Positions 1 to 11,599 of a stretch of 64,000 nucleotides of DNA are shown here, in pieces (positions within the stretch are counted from its first letter, which is position 1; each line of letters begins with the position of its first letter). A program made the position numbers and the translations under genes. This DNA is from Mobula hypostoma (taxonomy: Eukaryota). The stretch lies in the NCBI RefSeq assembly GCF_963921235.1, contig NC_086108.1:97962001-98026000 (forward strand), in the 5' to 3' direction. A model generated the notes under the pieces. It had not been told where the DNA came from and made no database searches. It worked only from the letters and a program-made list of their open reading frames with translations.

Positions 1-999
1 CTTTGACTCAAAAGACCTTCAGGAAGATTTAGTAGACTCTGGAGTGGTGATGCACTGTTCTACTGTGCAGTGACACCTGCACAAGTATGACCTTCATGGA
101 AGAGTCATTAGAAGAAAACCTTTCCTGCGTCCTCACCACAAAATTCAGCGTCAGAAGTTTGCAAAGGAACATCTAAACAAGCCTGATGCATTTTGGAAAC
201 AAGTCCTGTGGACAGATGAAGTTAAAATAGAACTTTTTCGCCGCAATGGGCAAAGGTATGTTTGGAGATAAAAAGGTGCAGAATTTCATGAAAAGAACCC
301 CTCTCCAGCTGTTAAGCACGAGGGTGGATCAATCATGCTTCGGGCTTGTGTTGTAGCCAGTGGCACAGGGAACATTTCACTGGTTGAGGGAAGAATGAAT
401 TCAATTAAATACCAGCAAATTCTGGAAGCAAACATCACACAGTCTGTAAAAAAGCTGAAGTTGAAAAGAGGATGGCTTCTACAACAGGATAATGATCCTA
501 AACACACCTTAAAATCCACAATGGACTACCTCAAGAGGTGCAAGCTGAAGGTTTTGCCATGGCCCTCACAGTCCTCCGACCTAAACATCATCAAAAATCT
601 GTGGATCAACCTCAAAAGAGCAGTGAATACAAGATGGCCCAAGAATCTCACTGAACTAGAAGCCTTTTGCAAGAAAGAATGGGCGAAAATCGCCCAAACA
701 AGAATTGAAAGACGCTTAGCTGGCTACAGAAAGTGTTTACAAGCTGTGATACTTGCCAAAGGGGGTGTTACTATGTACTGACCATGCAGGGTGCCCAAAC
801 TTTTGCTTTCGGCCCTTTTCCTTTTTTGTTATTTTGAAACGTAAAAGATGGAAATAAAAAAGTAATCTTGCTTAAAATACTAAAGAAATGTGTCATCTTT
901 AACTTTATGCCTTTTGGAAATCAGGTCATCTTTTACTCGCTTAGCCATTCACAGTAATAGAAAGTTTGACCGGGGTGCCCAAACTTTTGCATGCCACTG
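1..999 (+). mobile_element. Tc1/mariner (Tc1, IR/DR type) DNA transposon, 3' part; runs off the window start
   Basis: Transposase frame is followed by a ~210-bp terminal region with direct repeats GGGTGCCCAAACTTTTGC (~789 and ~973). It ends ...GCATGCCACTG followed by TA at 1000-1001. Confidence 0.93.
2..781 (+). pseudogene. Inactive Tc1 DD34E transposase
   Basis: One frame reads ..GRVIRRKP..WKQVLWTDEVKIELF..KHEGGSIM..QQDNDPKH..WPSQSSDLNIIKNLW... It has two in-frame stops, and the catalytic E position reads K. Confidence 0.92.
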
Positions 1000-1029
1000 T
1001 ACATCGATCTAGCTATCTATCTTGTGCGC

Positions 1030-1450
1030 GGTTCTAATCGTCTCATTATAGGAAGGATGTGGAAGCTTTCGAGAGGGTGGAGAGGAGATTTTTCAGAATG
1101 GTGCCTGGATTAGAAAGCATGTCATAAGAGGATAGCTTTTCTGTTTGGAGAGAAAGAGGGTAAGTGGTGTCTTGATAGAGGTGTTCAGATGATAAGAGGC
1201 ATAGATAGATTGGAGAGCCAAAGACCTTTTCCCAGGGTGGAAATGGCTAATATGAGGGGGCATAATTTTAAGGTATTTAGTGGAATGTATAGTGGAGTAT
1301 CAGAGGTAGGTGTTAACTTGGAAAGTGGTGGAGGTAGACACACTAGGGATATTTAAGATAGGCACATGGGTGAAAGAAAAATGGAGGACTATGCGGGAGG
1401 GGAGGGTTAGATTGATCTTGGAGTGGGTTAGAGGGTCAGCACAATATTGA
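1030..1450 (+). mobile_element. CR1 LINE 3' fragment, degenerate
   Basis: Degenerate YRKDVEALERV..RMxPGL.. C-terminal region similar to other CR1 copies in the window. Confidence 0.75.
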
Positions 1451-1921
1451 ACCCATGAACACTACCTCATTTTTATTACCTGTTTTTGCATTATTTTTAA
1501 TTTAACTATTTAATGTATCTATATTTACTGTAATTTATTTATTTCTATTTTATCATGTATTGCATTGTAATGCTGCCGCTAAATTTCATGACATATGCCA
1601 GTGATATTAAACCTGATCTGATTCTGACCTTGAGCTGTACAGTTCTATGTTCATTACTCTATGAACCCTCTACTCTTGCAGCTTAAGTCCCTGTATAGTC
1701 AGACTGCCACCAGTCAGGTTAATGACGACATAAATCTGCGGAAGTTTGTTAGAATGTTCAGTGACGTGCAAAAGCTCTGCAAACAGCTCCTAATTTTTTC
1801 TCCATAACAACTGCCACTCCTTAAACATAAGCGCAGCACAAAAACAGATCATTCGGCCCATCCTGTCTGTGCTGACCATCATGCCACTGCGACCACAAAA
1901 TAAAACAAATTTCATGACATA

Positions 1922-3490
1922 CAGTGCCTATAAAAATTATTCACCCACTTTGAAATTTTCATGTTTTATTGTTTTACAACATTGAATCACAGTGGATTTA
2001 ATCTGGCTGCTTTTGACACTGATCAACAGAAAAAACTCTTTCATGTCAAAGTGAAAACAGATTTCCACAAAGTGATCTAAATTAATTACAAATATAAAAC
2101 TCAAAATAATTGATTGCTTAAGCATTCATTCCCTTCAAGTCAGTATTTAGTAGGTGCACCTTTGGCAGCAGCTACAGCCTTGAGTCTGTGTGGCTAGGTC
2201 TCTATCAGCTTTGCACATCTGGACACTACAATTTTTGCCCATTCTTCTTTGCAAAACTGCTCAAGCCCTGTCAGGTTGTATGCAGATCATGAGTGAACAG
2301 CCCTTTTCAAGTCCAGCCACAAATTCTCAATTGGATTGAGGTCTAGACTCTGACTTAGCCACTCCAGGACATTAACTTTGTTCTTTTTACGCCATTCCTG
2401 TATAGTTTTGGCTTTATGCTTGGGGTTATTGTGTTGCTGGAAAACAAATCTTCTCACAAGTCACAGTTCTCTTGCCGACTCGCAGACTGCATCAGGTTTT
2501 CCTCCAGAATTTCCCTGTATTTTGCTGCATTCATTTTGCTCTGTCCTTCGCAAGCCTTTCAGGGCCTGCTCCACATTTTCTACGCCATGGACCAACACCA
2601 TAAAGCAACACGTCCGTGGACCCCAGGTTGGGAACCCCTGCATTCGTGGGTTAATTATCTCCAGTTAGCACTAAACATAGCGTTTAGTCTAATGGCCAAA
2701 AAAACTGAATTTTGGTTTCATCAGACCGTAGAACCTTCTTCCAGCTGACTTCAGCCTCAAGCCGAAATTTCAATAGTGGCTTTCACTTTGCCACTCTCCC
2801 ATAAAGCTGTGACTGGTGAAGTATCCAGGCAAAAGTTGTGTATGCGCATTCTCTCCCATCTCAGCCACTGAAGCTTGTAACTCCTCCAGAGTTGTCATAG
2901 GTCTCTTGGCCTCCCTCACTAGTCCCCTTCTTGCACGGTCACTCAGTTTTTGAGGACAGCCTGCTCTAGGCAGATTTACAGCTGTGCCATATTCTTTCCA
3001 TTTCTTGATGACTGACTTAACTGTACTCCAATTCAGTGACTTGGAAATTTTCTTGTATCCATCTCCTGACCTGTGTTTTTCAATAACCTTTTCACAGAGT
3101 TGCTTGGAGTGTTTTTTTTTTGTGTTTTCATGGTGTAGTTTTTGCCAGGATGCTGACTCACCAGCAGTTGGACCTTCCAGATACAGGTGTACTTGTACTA
3201 CAATCAATTGAAACACCTTAACTGCACACAGGTTGCCAAAAACAGATCTCCACGTAACTAATTATGTGACTTCTAAAACCATTTGGCTGTACCATTGATG
3301 ATTTGGGGTGCCATATAAAAGGGTGGTGAATACTTATGCAATCAATTATTTTGTGATTTATATTTGCAATTAATTTAGATCAGTTTGACACGAAAGAATC
3401 TTTTTCTGCTGGTCAGTGTCAAGAAGCCAAATTAAATCCACTGTGATTCAAAGTTATAAAATAATTAAACCTGAAAACTTCCCAGGGGGT
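1922..3490 (-). mobile_element. Tc1 transposon (second family), near full length, decayed
   Basis: TA|CAGTGCC.. left end. ~200-bp inverted repeats at ~1922-2135 and ~3320-3490, with the right tip lost. Minus ORF 2770-3216 has the Tc1 N-terminal HTH (KHRSGDGYKKISKSL..WSTVKSVIKKWKEYG..LPRAG), and SDETK and MNAAKYREILEENL motifs follow. Confidence 0.92.
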
Positions 3491-3792
3491 ACTATTGGGG
3501 ATTGAGAGTGAGAAGGGGGAATGGAGAGGGAATCATGGTTGGGAAAAGGGGAAGGGAGATGGGAGGGAGCGGGAAGCATCAGAGAGGCGTTCTATAATGA
3601 TCAATAAACCAATTGTTTGGAATCCAATGACCTTGCTAGGTCTCTCAGGGCTCATTGTGTCTGCACACGTGCCATCCTCCTCCGCTGGCACTCCTCTGCC
3701 ACCCGTCCCACACCTCGCTACCTTCACCATTCCCAACATCCCTCGCTCCCGCCAGATTTTCAAACTCATTCTCCACTCCACATTGAGAAATA

Positions 3793-3846
3793 CAGCACTG
3801 TGCAAGAGTCTGAGGTGCCTTAGTTCTATTTAAGTGCACAGTGCTG
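3793..3846. mobile_element. 54-bp Tc1-type MITE
   Basis: TA|CAGCACTGTGCA...TGCACAGTGCTG|TA: perfect 12-bp TIR with TA duplication. Ends resemble the element at 21137. Confidence 0.8.
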
Positions 3847-3859
3847 TAAAAGATTGTGA

Positions 3860-4130
3860 CACCGTGATATGGCAATGCAAGTTTCAGCCTCACGGCTCCA
3901 GGGAACCTGTGTTCAATCCTGACATTGGACTGGTAGTTTATGCAATCTCTCCCTGAGGCAGCATGGCTTTCCTCCCACATCCCAAAGACATATTCGTGCA
4001 GAGTTTCTCAACCTTTTCTACGCCATGGTCCAACACCAGAAAGCAACACGTCCGTGGACCCTAGGTTGGGAACCCCTGCATTCGTGGGTTAATTATCTCC
4101 AGTTAGCATTACAGTGCAAATTTGTGGCAA
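3860..4130 (+). mobile_element. tRNA-derived V-SINE, decayed, interrupted by a hAT MITE
   Basis: B-box-like GTTCAATCC and the V-domain remnant TTTCCTCCCACATCCCAAAGAC. Confidence 0.6.
3999..4078. mobile_element. 80-bp hAT-type MITE
   Basis: TIRs CAGAGTTTCTCAACC / GGTTGGGAACCCCTG. 8-bp TSD TATTCGTG / CATTCGTG (7/8). Confidence 0.85.
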
Positions 4131-5773
4131 AAAGAATCAAAGGGGAATGTGAGAGAGAATGTTGTTGGATGTACAGAAATGGGGGCATAAGGAATGGAAT
4201 GTAAGAGATTCTGCAGATGCTGGAAATTGGGAATGATTCCTCTAGAAACACAAAATGCTGGGGGAGCTCTGTAAGTCAGGCAGCGTCTCGGAGGGAGAAT
4301 GAGCAGTCGATGCTTTGGGTCGAGACCCGTCATCAGGACTGGAAAGGAAGGAAGCAGAAAACAGAATAACATAGTAGAAGGAATTCCATCCATCCCTTTC
4401 CTTCAGGAAGAAAGGGATGGATAGACTTGCTCACCTCAGAGCCAGGGTGGACACAATGGGACAGATGTGTGGTTGTAATGTAAATGCCCAGCAGGTCAGG
4501 CAGCATCTGTGAAGGGGAATTAACAGCTGAAGTTCCGGACCTCAACCCTGCAGGAGGAAAAGGATGATGGGTTTGCTTCCAAAGGGTCAGATATGTTGTT
4601 GTAACATATCTGCTCAGCATGTGAAGGGAAATAAACAGTCAATGGAATGGACGGAGACCCTTCAGGAATCTTTACATCTCCCAGAAAGGAATGGGTGGGA
4701 TTGTTCCCCATAGCTGGGATGGACCCAAAGTGTGGTAATGTTAATACTCAGCAGGTCAGGCAACACCTGTGGAGGGAGAAGCAGAGCCAATGTTTCAGAA
4801 TGATGCACCAGTCCTAGTGACGATTACCTGCTGAGTCCCTCCACTGCTTTTTTATTTTATTTCAGGTTTCTTTTCTTTTGTTCTGGTAAGTACAGTATCG
4901 TTTATAAAGATGCAGACTTGAGGTGGGGATGTGAAGCCACCTCAGTGAATGACCAGAATCTTCAAAGTCAAAGGTAAAATAAATTTATTATCAAAATACA
5001 TGTATGTCACCATATACTACCTTGCGAATTATTTTCTTGCAGGCATTTACAGAAAATCAATAAATACAATAACATTTATGAAAACAATAGGTAAGCAAAG
5101 ACTGACAAACAACCAATGTGCAAAAGTAGATAAATCATGCAAAATAATAATAAGAATAATGCTGAGGACATCAGCTGTAAAGGGAGTCTGTAGGTTGTGG
5201 AATCAGTTCAGAGTTGTGGTGAGTGAAGTTATCCACACTGGTTCAGGAGCCTGCTGGTTGGAGGGCAACAACTGTTTCTGCACCTGGTGGTGTGGGACCT
5301 GAGGCTCCTGTACCTCTTGTACAACTGTAGTTGCGAGACGAGAACATAGCCTCGATGGTGGGGGTCCTTGATGATGGTTGCTGCATTCTTGTGGCAGTAC
5401 CCCTTGTAAATGTGCTCAGTTATGTGGAAGGCTGGCAGAAACTAGAGCCCTGGCGACAACCAAACCCTACTCTGCTAACTCACCAGGTAGGTCTGAACCT
5501 TCCAAGACATCACCAGTCAGCCTCAGAGAACCAAGCTAAGGGACATCAGTTGGAACTTAAACAGTGACTCCGTTTGCACTCTCAGTAGTGAGCAGATAAG
5601 ATTAGGGAATCCACGTTGTCCTGGCCAACTTTGTATCTGACGTAATGAGATTGCTGTTTTCAGAATGTTGCTGTACAGTGAACATGCTTCCTGTGTGTTA
5701 TGTTTTGTAACCTTATAATGTTATACAAATTCAAAGGAAGACACCGAAGTCCAAAAATGCAGGTCTAACTTTG

Positions 5774-5970
5774 AACAACAGGAATTCTGCAGATGCTGGA
5801 AATTCAAGCAACACACATCAAAGTTGCTGGTGAACGCAGCAGGCCAAGCAGCATCTATAGGAAGAGGCGCAGTCGACGTTTCAGGCCGAGACCCTTCGTC
5901 AGGACTAACTGAAGGAAGAGTGAGTAAGGGATTTGAAAGCTGGAGGGGGAGGGGGAGATGCAAAATTAAA
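5774..5970 (-). mobile_element. Penelope-like element 3' terminal fragment
   Basis: Matches the 3' region of the GIY-YIG-bearing copy at 53857-54752. Flanked by a perfect 13-bp duplication AGGTCTAACTTTG (5761-5773 / 5971-5983). Confidence 0.88.
5871..5906 (-). ncRNA. Minimal type I hammerhead ribozyme motif (Penelope-associated)
   Basis: AGTC-CTGACGA-AGGGTCTCGGCCT-GAAA-CGTC-GACT: stem I, intact CUGANGA and GAAA core, stem II, palindromic ACGU stem III and a GUC cleavage triplet. Confidence 0.75.
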
Positions 5971-7914
5971 AGGTCTAACTTTGAGTTTACTTTAAGCAAG
6001 GTGCGCACATATCACGTGGTAGCAATTAACGTATTTATACATATTACCCATAATGAATTACTTAAAGAACAAGAATGCTTAATCAACCAATATATATACA
6101 AGATTACTTAAATATATCTGAACTATTTAGAATACAACACCATGTATGAAAAATTGTGAGCAGTATATATAGGTTGAATGCGTGCAGAATATTTCGCCTC
6201 AAGTTGGATGACGGTAAAGCTGAAGCTCATCACTTTAGGGTGAAAGTGCCAGTGGAAGTGGGAGATGTGTGTTCAATTGTAACATGTAAGGCAAGGTTGA
6301 ATAGGTACATCGATGAGAGAGTTGTATAGGGCTGTGGTCAGGGATCAGGCAGATGGGACGGCAGAAAACCAGGTGGACGTAATGGGCTGAAGGACCTGCT
6401 TCTGTGCTGTGGTGCTCTGTGACTCTGTGGCTGATACAAAAGTGCTTCCTGGGCTGTAACATGCTCGAGGCTGTAAGAGGCGCCATAGAGATATATCTTT
6501 TTTTAATACCACCTGCCTTTTCTCCCCCAAGCTTAACATGTGAGCCTGGAGTCGACAGCCTGTGATCTTCCAGCTGGCTGTGCCATCAGGGAAGGTTACA
6601 CTGCCTTTTACGCGCGTTCTTTCTGAAGGTCTGCATTCAAACCCCAGACATCTCCTGTGTGCCCCGGATACAATGGTGGTGCTGTTTGCAGCCATCACGC
6701 TGACAGACCGCCACACTTTTATCTGAGGTATAGATTGAATGCATAATGGAGCAGCCTAATATTACCATAAGTACCTGAATGAGATCCTTTTAACCGTCGC
6801 TCATTATTTTAGACGTGATTGCTTGATCTAAATCACTGCGCTCGGTCTCTTTTGTGCTGTTACAAAAATAAATTTGATGCACACTTTTGCAGATCTTGTT
6901 GCCTGGCTTTTTTCAACAGGAGAACTCTAGCCTGGTGACCCACGGTCTGCTTTTATCTTCAACTCTTCAAATATTCTCAATGGGATTGGGACCTACGGAG
7001 TAATGAGCCCAGCCTAACACCTTAATCCCTTCCTTACCCACTGAATCTTGTCTTCTCTCTGATGTCTGAGCTCACAGCCAATTATACTTTTGCAGAAGGT
7101 CTCCCTTTAGCCTCCAAAGTATTGTTGTACTTAAAATGTCCTCCAGTCTCCTAATTTACTGTCAATTTCCTTTCAGAGGCACTCGCATTGCATGGCAAAA
7201 TGCGTATGTCCTCAACACGTGCCCTGCAGAGCTGGGCTCGCACATCACTAAGCCATTGATTTCTGTTTAGGCTGCTCAGTGTCACCATATTCAGTCCTAT
7301 CAGTGTGAATTGTGCCTGTATGACCCAAGGGTTAAATTATGGAGAGAGATTGTACGCACTGGGGTTCTATTCTCTGGAATTTATTATTTTTTAAATTTAT
7401 AGCAACTTCTCATGTTAACAGACCATTCTGGTCCGTTGAGCCTGTGCCACCAACGAAAGTCAAGTTTATTGTCATTTAACCTGCGCACCGTCAAACGAGA
7501 CAACGTTCCTCTGAAGCAGAGTGTAAAGTACAATAGTACGCATAACACACAATAACTTAGGAAAGTCAAGATAAAATCTACAGATGAATTATGCATAAAT
7601 AAATAAAGTGCATAAATTAAATATTGTAAGGTACAGAACAGATTAACTGGTTCTTAGATAGGTGGTTAGTGCTGTATGGTTGGTGTATATTCTAAGGTAC
7701 ACTCTGTTTGAATTTGAACCATAAAGTGTGAAGCATGTTTGGGTGGAAGATAGAGTCATAGGGTAATGTATCTTGGGAACAAACCCTTTGGCTCATCTGG
7801 TCCAGGCTGATCGAAATTCCCATCTAAGCTAGTCCCATTTGCCTACATTTGGCGCGTCCTTCTAAATCTTTCCTATTCATATAGCAGTCCAAGTACCTTT
7901 TTAGTGCTGTTAAT

Positions 7915-8292
7915 GTCATCATCGTCATTGTTATCAGCCGTGTCATGTCATATGGCGTAGGCAATCACAGTCTATCCATGACCATGATTGTTCTTGGAAA
8001 ATCCTTCCACAGAAGTACTTTGCCATTGCCTTGTTCTGGGCAGCATCCTTACAAGATGGATGACTCCAGCCATTATCAATACTCTTCAGAGATTGTCTGC
8101 CTTGCGACAGTGGTCACATAACCAGAATGTGATAAGCACCAGCTGCTGAAACGACTATCTGCCACCTGCTTCCATGGCTTCACGTAACCTCGATTGGGGG
8201 ACAAAGCAAGTGCTACACCTTGCCCAAGGGTGACCTGCAGGCTCAAGGAGGGAAGGAGCATCTTACACCTCCTCTGGTAGGGATGTACACCA
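7915..8292 (-). mobile_element. RTE/BovB-related short non-autonomous element (copy 1 of 4)
   Basis: Shares ..GGTCACCCTTGGGCAAGGTGTAGCAC.. and ..AAGGCAATGGCAAA.. (Bov-A-like) with the copies at 11826, 17709 and 59063. (GAT)n-like tail. Confidence 0.7.
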
Positions 8293-8412
8293 TCAAGCTG
8301 TTAATGTACCCGCCTCAACTACTAACTGTGCCAGCTTATTTCATATATGGACCACCTTCTGGGTGATGTAGTAATAGGGACAAGGAAGTGACGGACAAAC
8401 TGAATAATTATT

Positions 8413-9473
8413 TCAATAGGTTCAATAGTTACATTTAATATCAGAGAAATGTATACAACATACATCCTGAAATTCTTTTTCTTCGCAAACATCCACAAAA
8501 ACAGAGAAGTGCCCCTAAGAATGAATGACAGTTAAATGTTAGAACCCCAAAGCCACCCCCAGCTCCCCCTCCCATGCACAAGCAGCAGCAAGGCAGCAAT
8601 ACCACCCTACCCCCACCAGCAAAAAAAATCAGCGCCCTCCACCAATCACTCAAGCGTGCAGCAAAGCCTCAATAAAGACACAGACTTGCAGTTGCCCAAA
8701 AACTATTCATTCACTCGGTAATTCGACATAGCACAGGCTCTCTCTCTCTCCCTAAGAAGGGAAAAAGAGATGTCCCCATTTCACAGCAAGAGGGGAGACA
8801 TAACAAACAACTCGCTGATTTATGATATTAAAAGCCTGTTGCATCACTTTTTCCAAGCTCTGCGCCCAGAGAATCGGCTCCGGAAAGCCTCAGGACTTTG
8901 GACACACAGCTCCCAATATCCCGTATTCTCCCGCGATGCCTCAGTCAGGGGCACCGGCCCTGAATCAGCCCATCTCCAGAGCCACAAGAATCCAGCACCC
9001 TGAAGGCACGCTACTCTTCCAGGTCTCGTCCTTGGCATATCAAAAAGCGGTTGGTTGTGAGGCCCTGAGAGTGGGTCCCATTCCCGCAAAGATCCAAAGT
9101 CAGAGTGTAACTCCAGGTCAGGGTCTTCAAAAGAACCTTGAAAAGGAAAAAAGAGATATCAAAGATAGAAATAGAGCACATGGCCAAGTGGTTAAGGCGT
9201 TCGTCTAGTGATCTGAAGGTCGCTAGTACGAGCCTCAGCTGTGACTGCATGTTTGTGTCCTTGAGCAAGGCACTTAACCATAGTGTCTGTGTGAGGAGTG
9301 GCGCCCCACACAGACTTCCAATCTGCACCTTGTAAGGCATGAAAATGCCTGACACGGGCCTCTCATGGTCTGATTCGACGTTCCCTTCCCTCCCTCGATG
9401 TTCCCCTACCCTCTTACCAACAATGCAAGCAAAGGAGTCGCTGTTTAGCGACATCTTAACTTCGCTCCGCCCT
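8413..9473 (-). mobile_element. Non-coding non-LTR-derived element with a SINE nested inside
   Basis: 5' AAGATGTCG (YY1-like) start and a 3' ..CTGATATTAAATG.. short-repeat tail. No credible ORF. Confidence 0.5.
9178..9400 (+). mobile_element. tRNA-derived SINE with CORE-like central motif
   Basis: A-box TGGCCAAGTGG followed by GTGTCCTTGAGCAAGGCACTTAACC. Confidence 0.7.
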
Positions 9474-9477
9474 CCAG

Positions 9478-10168
9478 GGATCAGTATGGAAGACACTAGC
9501 TGTGTGGTGGAAGTTTCTGGTGTCATGGGTCATGAAGTATGTGAAGTTACCATAACTAGAGTGAGGGTTCTTGGGAAATTGAAAGATAGATAAGTCATTT
9601 GGACCAGATTGTGCCCACCCCAGACTTCTGAAAGAGGTGGCTGAAGAGATTGTGGAGGCATTAGTAATGATCTTTCAAGAATCACTAGATTCTGGAATGG
9701 TTCCAGAAGACTGGAAAATTACAAGTGTCACTCCACTCTTCAAGAAGGGAGAGGGGCAGAAGAAAGGAACCTATAGGCCAGTCAGTCTGACCTCAGTGGT
9801 TGGGAAGATGTTGGAGTTAATTATTAAGGATGAGGTCTCAGGATACTTAAGGCACATGATAAGATAAGCCAGAGTCAGCATGGTTTCCTCAAGGGAAAAT
9901 TTTGCCGGACGAATCTGTTGGAATTCTTTGAAGAAACTACAAGCAGGATAGACAAAGGAGAATCAGTTAATGTTGAGTACTTGGATTTTCAGAAGGTCTT
10001 TGACAGGGTGCTATACATGAGGCTGCTTAACAAGCTAAGAGCACATGGTATTTCAGGAAAGTTTCTAACATGAATAAAGTGGTGGCTGATTGGCAGGAGG
10101 CAAAAAGTGGGAATAAAAGGAGCCTTTCTGGTTGCTTGCCGGTGACTAGTGGTGTTCCACAGGGGTCC
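9478..10168 (+). mobile_element. CR1 LINE ORF2 (RT) internal fragment
   Basis: IFQESLDSGMVPEDWK..PLFKKG..YRPVSLTSVVGKMLE..YLDFQK..GVPQGS, with stops and frameshifts. Confidence 0.92.
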
Positions 10169-10169
10169 A

Positions 10170-10770
10170 TATCCTTCATTTTCTTCTGATTTATATGCCC
10201 ACCTTAAGATCTCCTAAAAGCCTCTAATGTATTTGCCTCTCCCACCGGCCCAGGCAGTGCATTCCAGGCCCCACCACTGTCTTGCCTCTTACATCTCCTT
10301 CGAACATACCGCCTCTCACCTTAAATGCATGCTCTCTGGTATTAGACATTTCAACCCTGGGAAAAAAACTACTGTCTGTCTCCTTTATCAAGTCTCTCAT
10401 AATCTTATAAACCCCTATCAGATCTCCCCTCAGCCTCCACTGCTCCAGAGAAATCAATCCAATTTTCTCCAACCTCTCATTATAGCACATGTCCTTTAAT
10501 CCAGGCAGCATCTTCTTCACCCTCTTCAAAGCAATTCTCCAGATGAGGCCTAAATAGAGCTTTATAAAACTGCAACATAACTTCCTGATGTTTGAATTCA
10601 ATGCCTTGACTAATAAAGCCAAGCCTTCCATATGCCTTTTTAACCACCTGGGTAACCACTTTCAGGGAGTTAGGAACTTGGACCCCAGAAGTCCTCCGCT
10701 CATCAACACTGTTGAGGGTTTACATTTGCCCCGCCAGGCGCAACACTTCATATTTTGCCGGGCTAAACTT
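10170..10770 (-). mobile_element. CR1 LINE 3' fragment
   Basis: MLPGL..YNERLEKIGLISLEQWRLRGDLIGVYKIM in ORF 10224-10631. Confidence 0.88.
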
Positions 10771-11114
10771 CATCTGGCATATGTCATTAAATATGTTGTT
10801 TTGCAGCAGCGGAATATTACAGTGCATAATAAAAATATACAAATTACAAAATTAAATATATATCTAAAAAAATTAAATTAACTGAGTGTAGCAAAAAGAG
10901 AGCAAGAGAAAGAAAAAATATAGTGAGGTCGTGTACATGGGTACATTGTCCATTCAGAAATGATGGATACCACCTTGTTGGGGCATTGCCTTTTAAGGTG
11001 ATCGGAAAAAGTACAGGAAAGGATGTTAGAGACAAGTTTTTTTACACATTGTGGTGGGTGAATGGAACACATTGCCAGGCATGGTGGCGGAGGCAGATAC
11101 ATTAGAGATATTTA

Positions 11115-11430
11115 TAGTGGTGCTAGAAAGTTTGTGACCCTGCAGAATTTTCTCTATTTCTGCATAAGTATGACCCAAAATGTGATCAGATGCTTACATA
11201 AGTCCTAAAGCTAAATAGCGAACCCAATTAAATAAATAATATGAAAAAACATTATACTTATTCATTTATTTATTGAGAAAAATGATGCAATATTGCATGT
11301 ATTTGTTGGAAACAGTATGTGAACCTTTGCTTTCAGTAACTGGTGTGACCCGCTTGTACAGCAATAACTTCAACCAGATGTTTCCAGTAACTGTTGATCA
11401 GTCCTGCCCATTGGCCTGGAGGAATTTTGC
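11115..11430 (-). mobile_element. Tc1 terminal fragment (third family)
   Basis: TA..AGTGGTGCTAGAAAGTTTGTGA.CC end with an internal direct repeat (~11310). The minus strand has a transposase C-terminus (GLINSYWKHLVEVIAVQAGHTSY*). Confidence 0.75.
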
Positions 11431-11599
11431 AATATTTGGTTTGCATGTAGTTTTTGTTGATTCTATTGTATATCTCTTTTCTTCTACAAATGCCTACACT
11501 AAAATGAATCACAAGGTAGTATATGGTGACATAGATGTACTTTAATACCAAATTTTTATTTTGAACTTTGAACTTTGAACTTTGAATCCCCACCCCAAT

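Larger units (their letters stand above)
5696..6139. mobile_element. Solo LTR interrupted by a Penelope fragment
   Basis: TGTTAT...ACAACA termini. Flanks CTGTG / CCATG are compatible with a CpG-decayed 5-bp TSD. Confidence 0.6.

Noticed and set aside
9178..9250. tRNA gene
   Set aside because: tRNA-like head of a SINE: no complete cloverleaf, and it continues into the SINE body. The same applies at 12655 and 21888.
9011..9526. 171-aa minus-strand ORF
   Set aside because: Crosses three unrelated repeats (non-coding element, SINE, CR1), so it is a chance frame.
9478..10770. Twin-priming inversion of a single CR1
   Set aside because: The two opposed fragments look like different CR1 subfamilies, and no shared TSD is visible.
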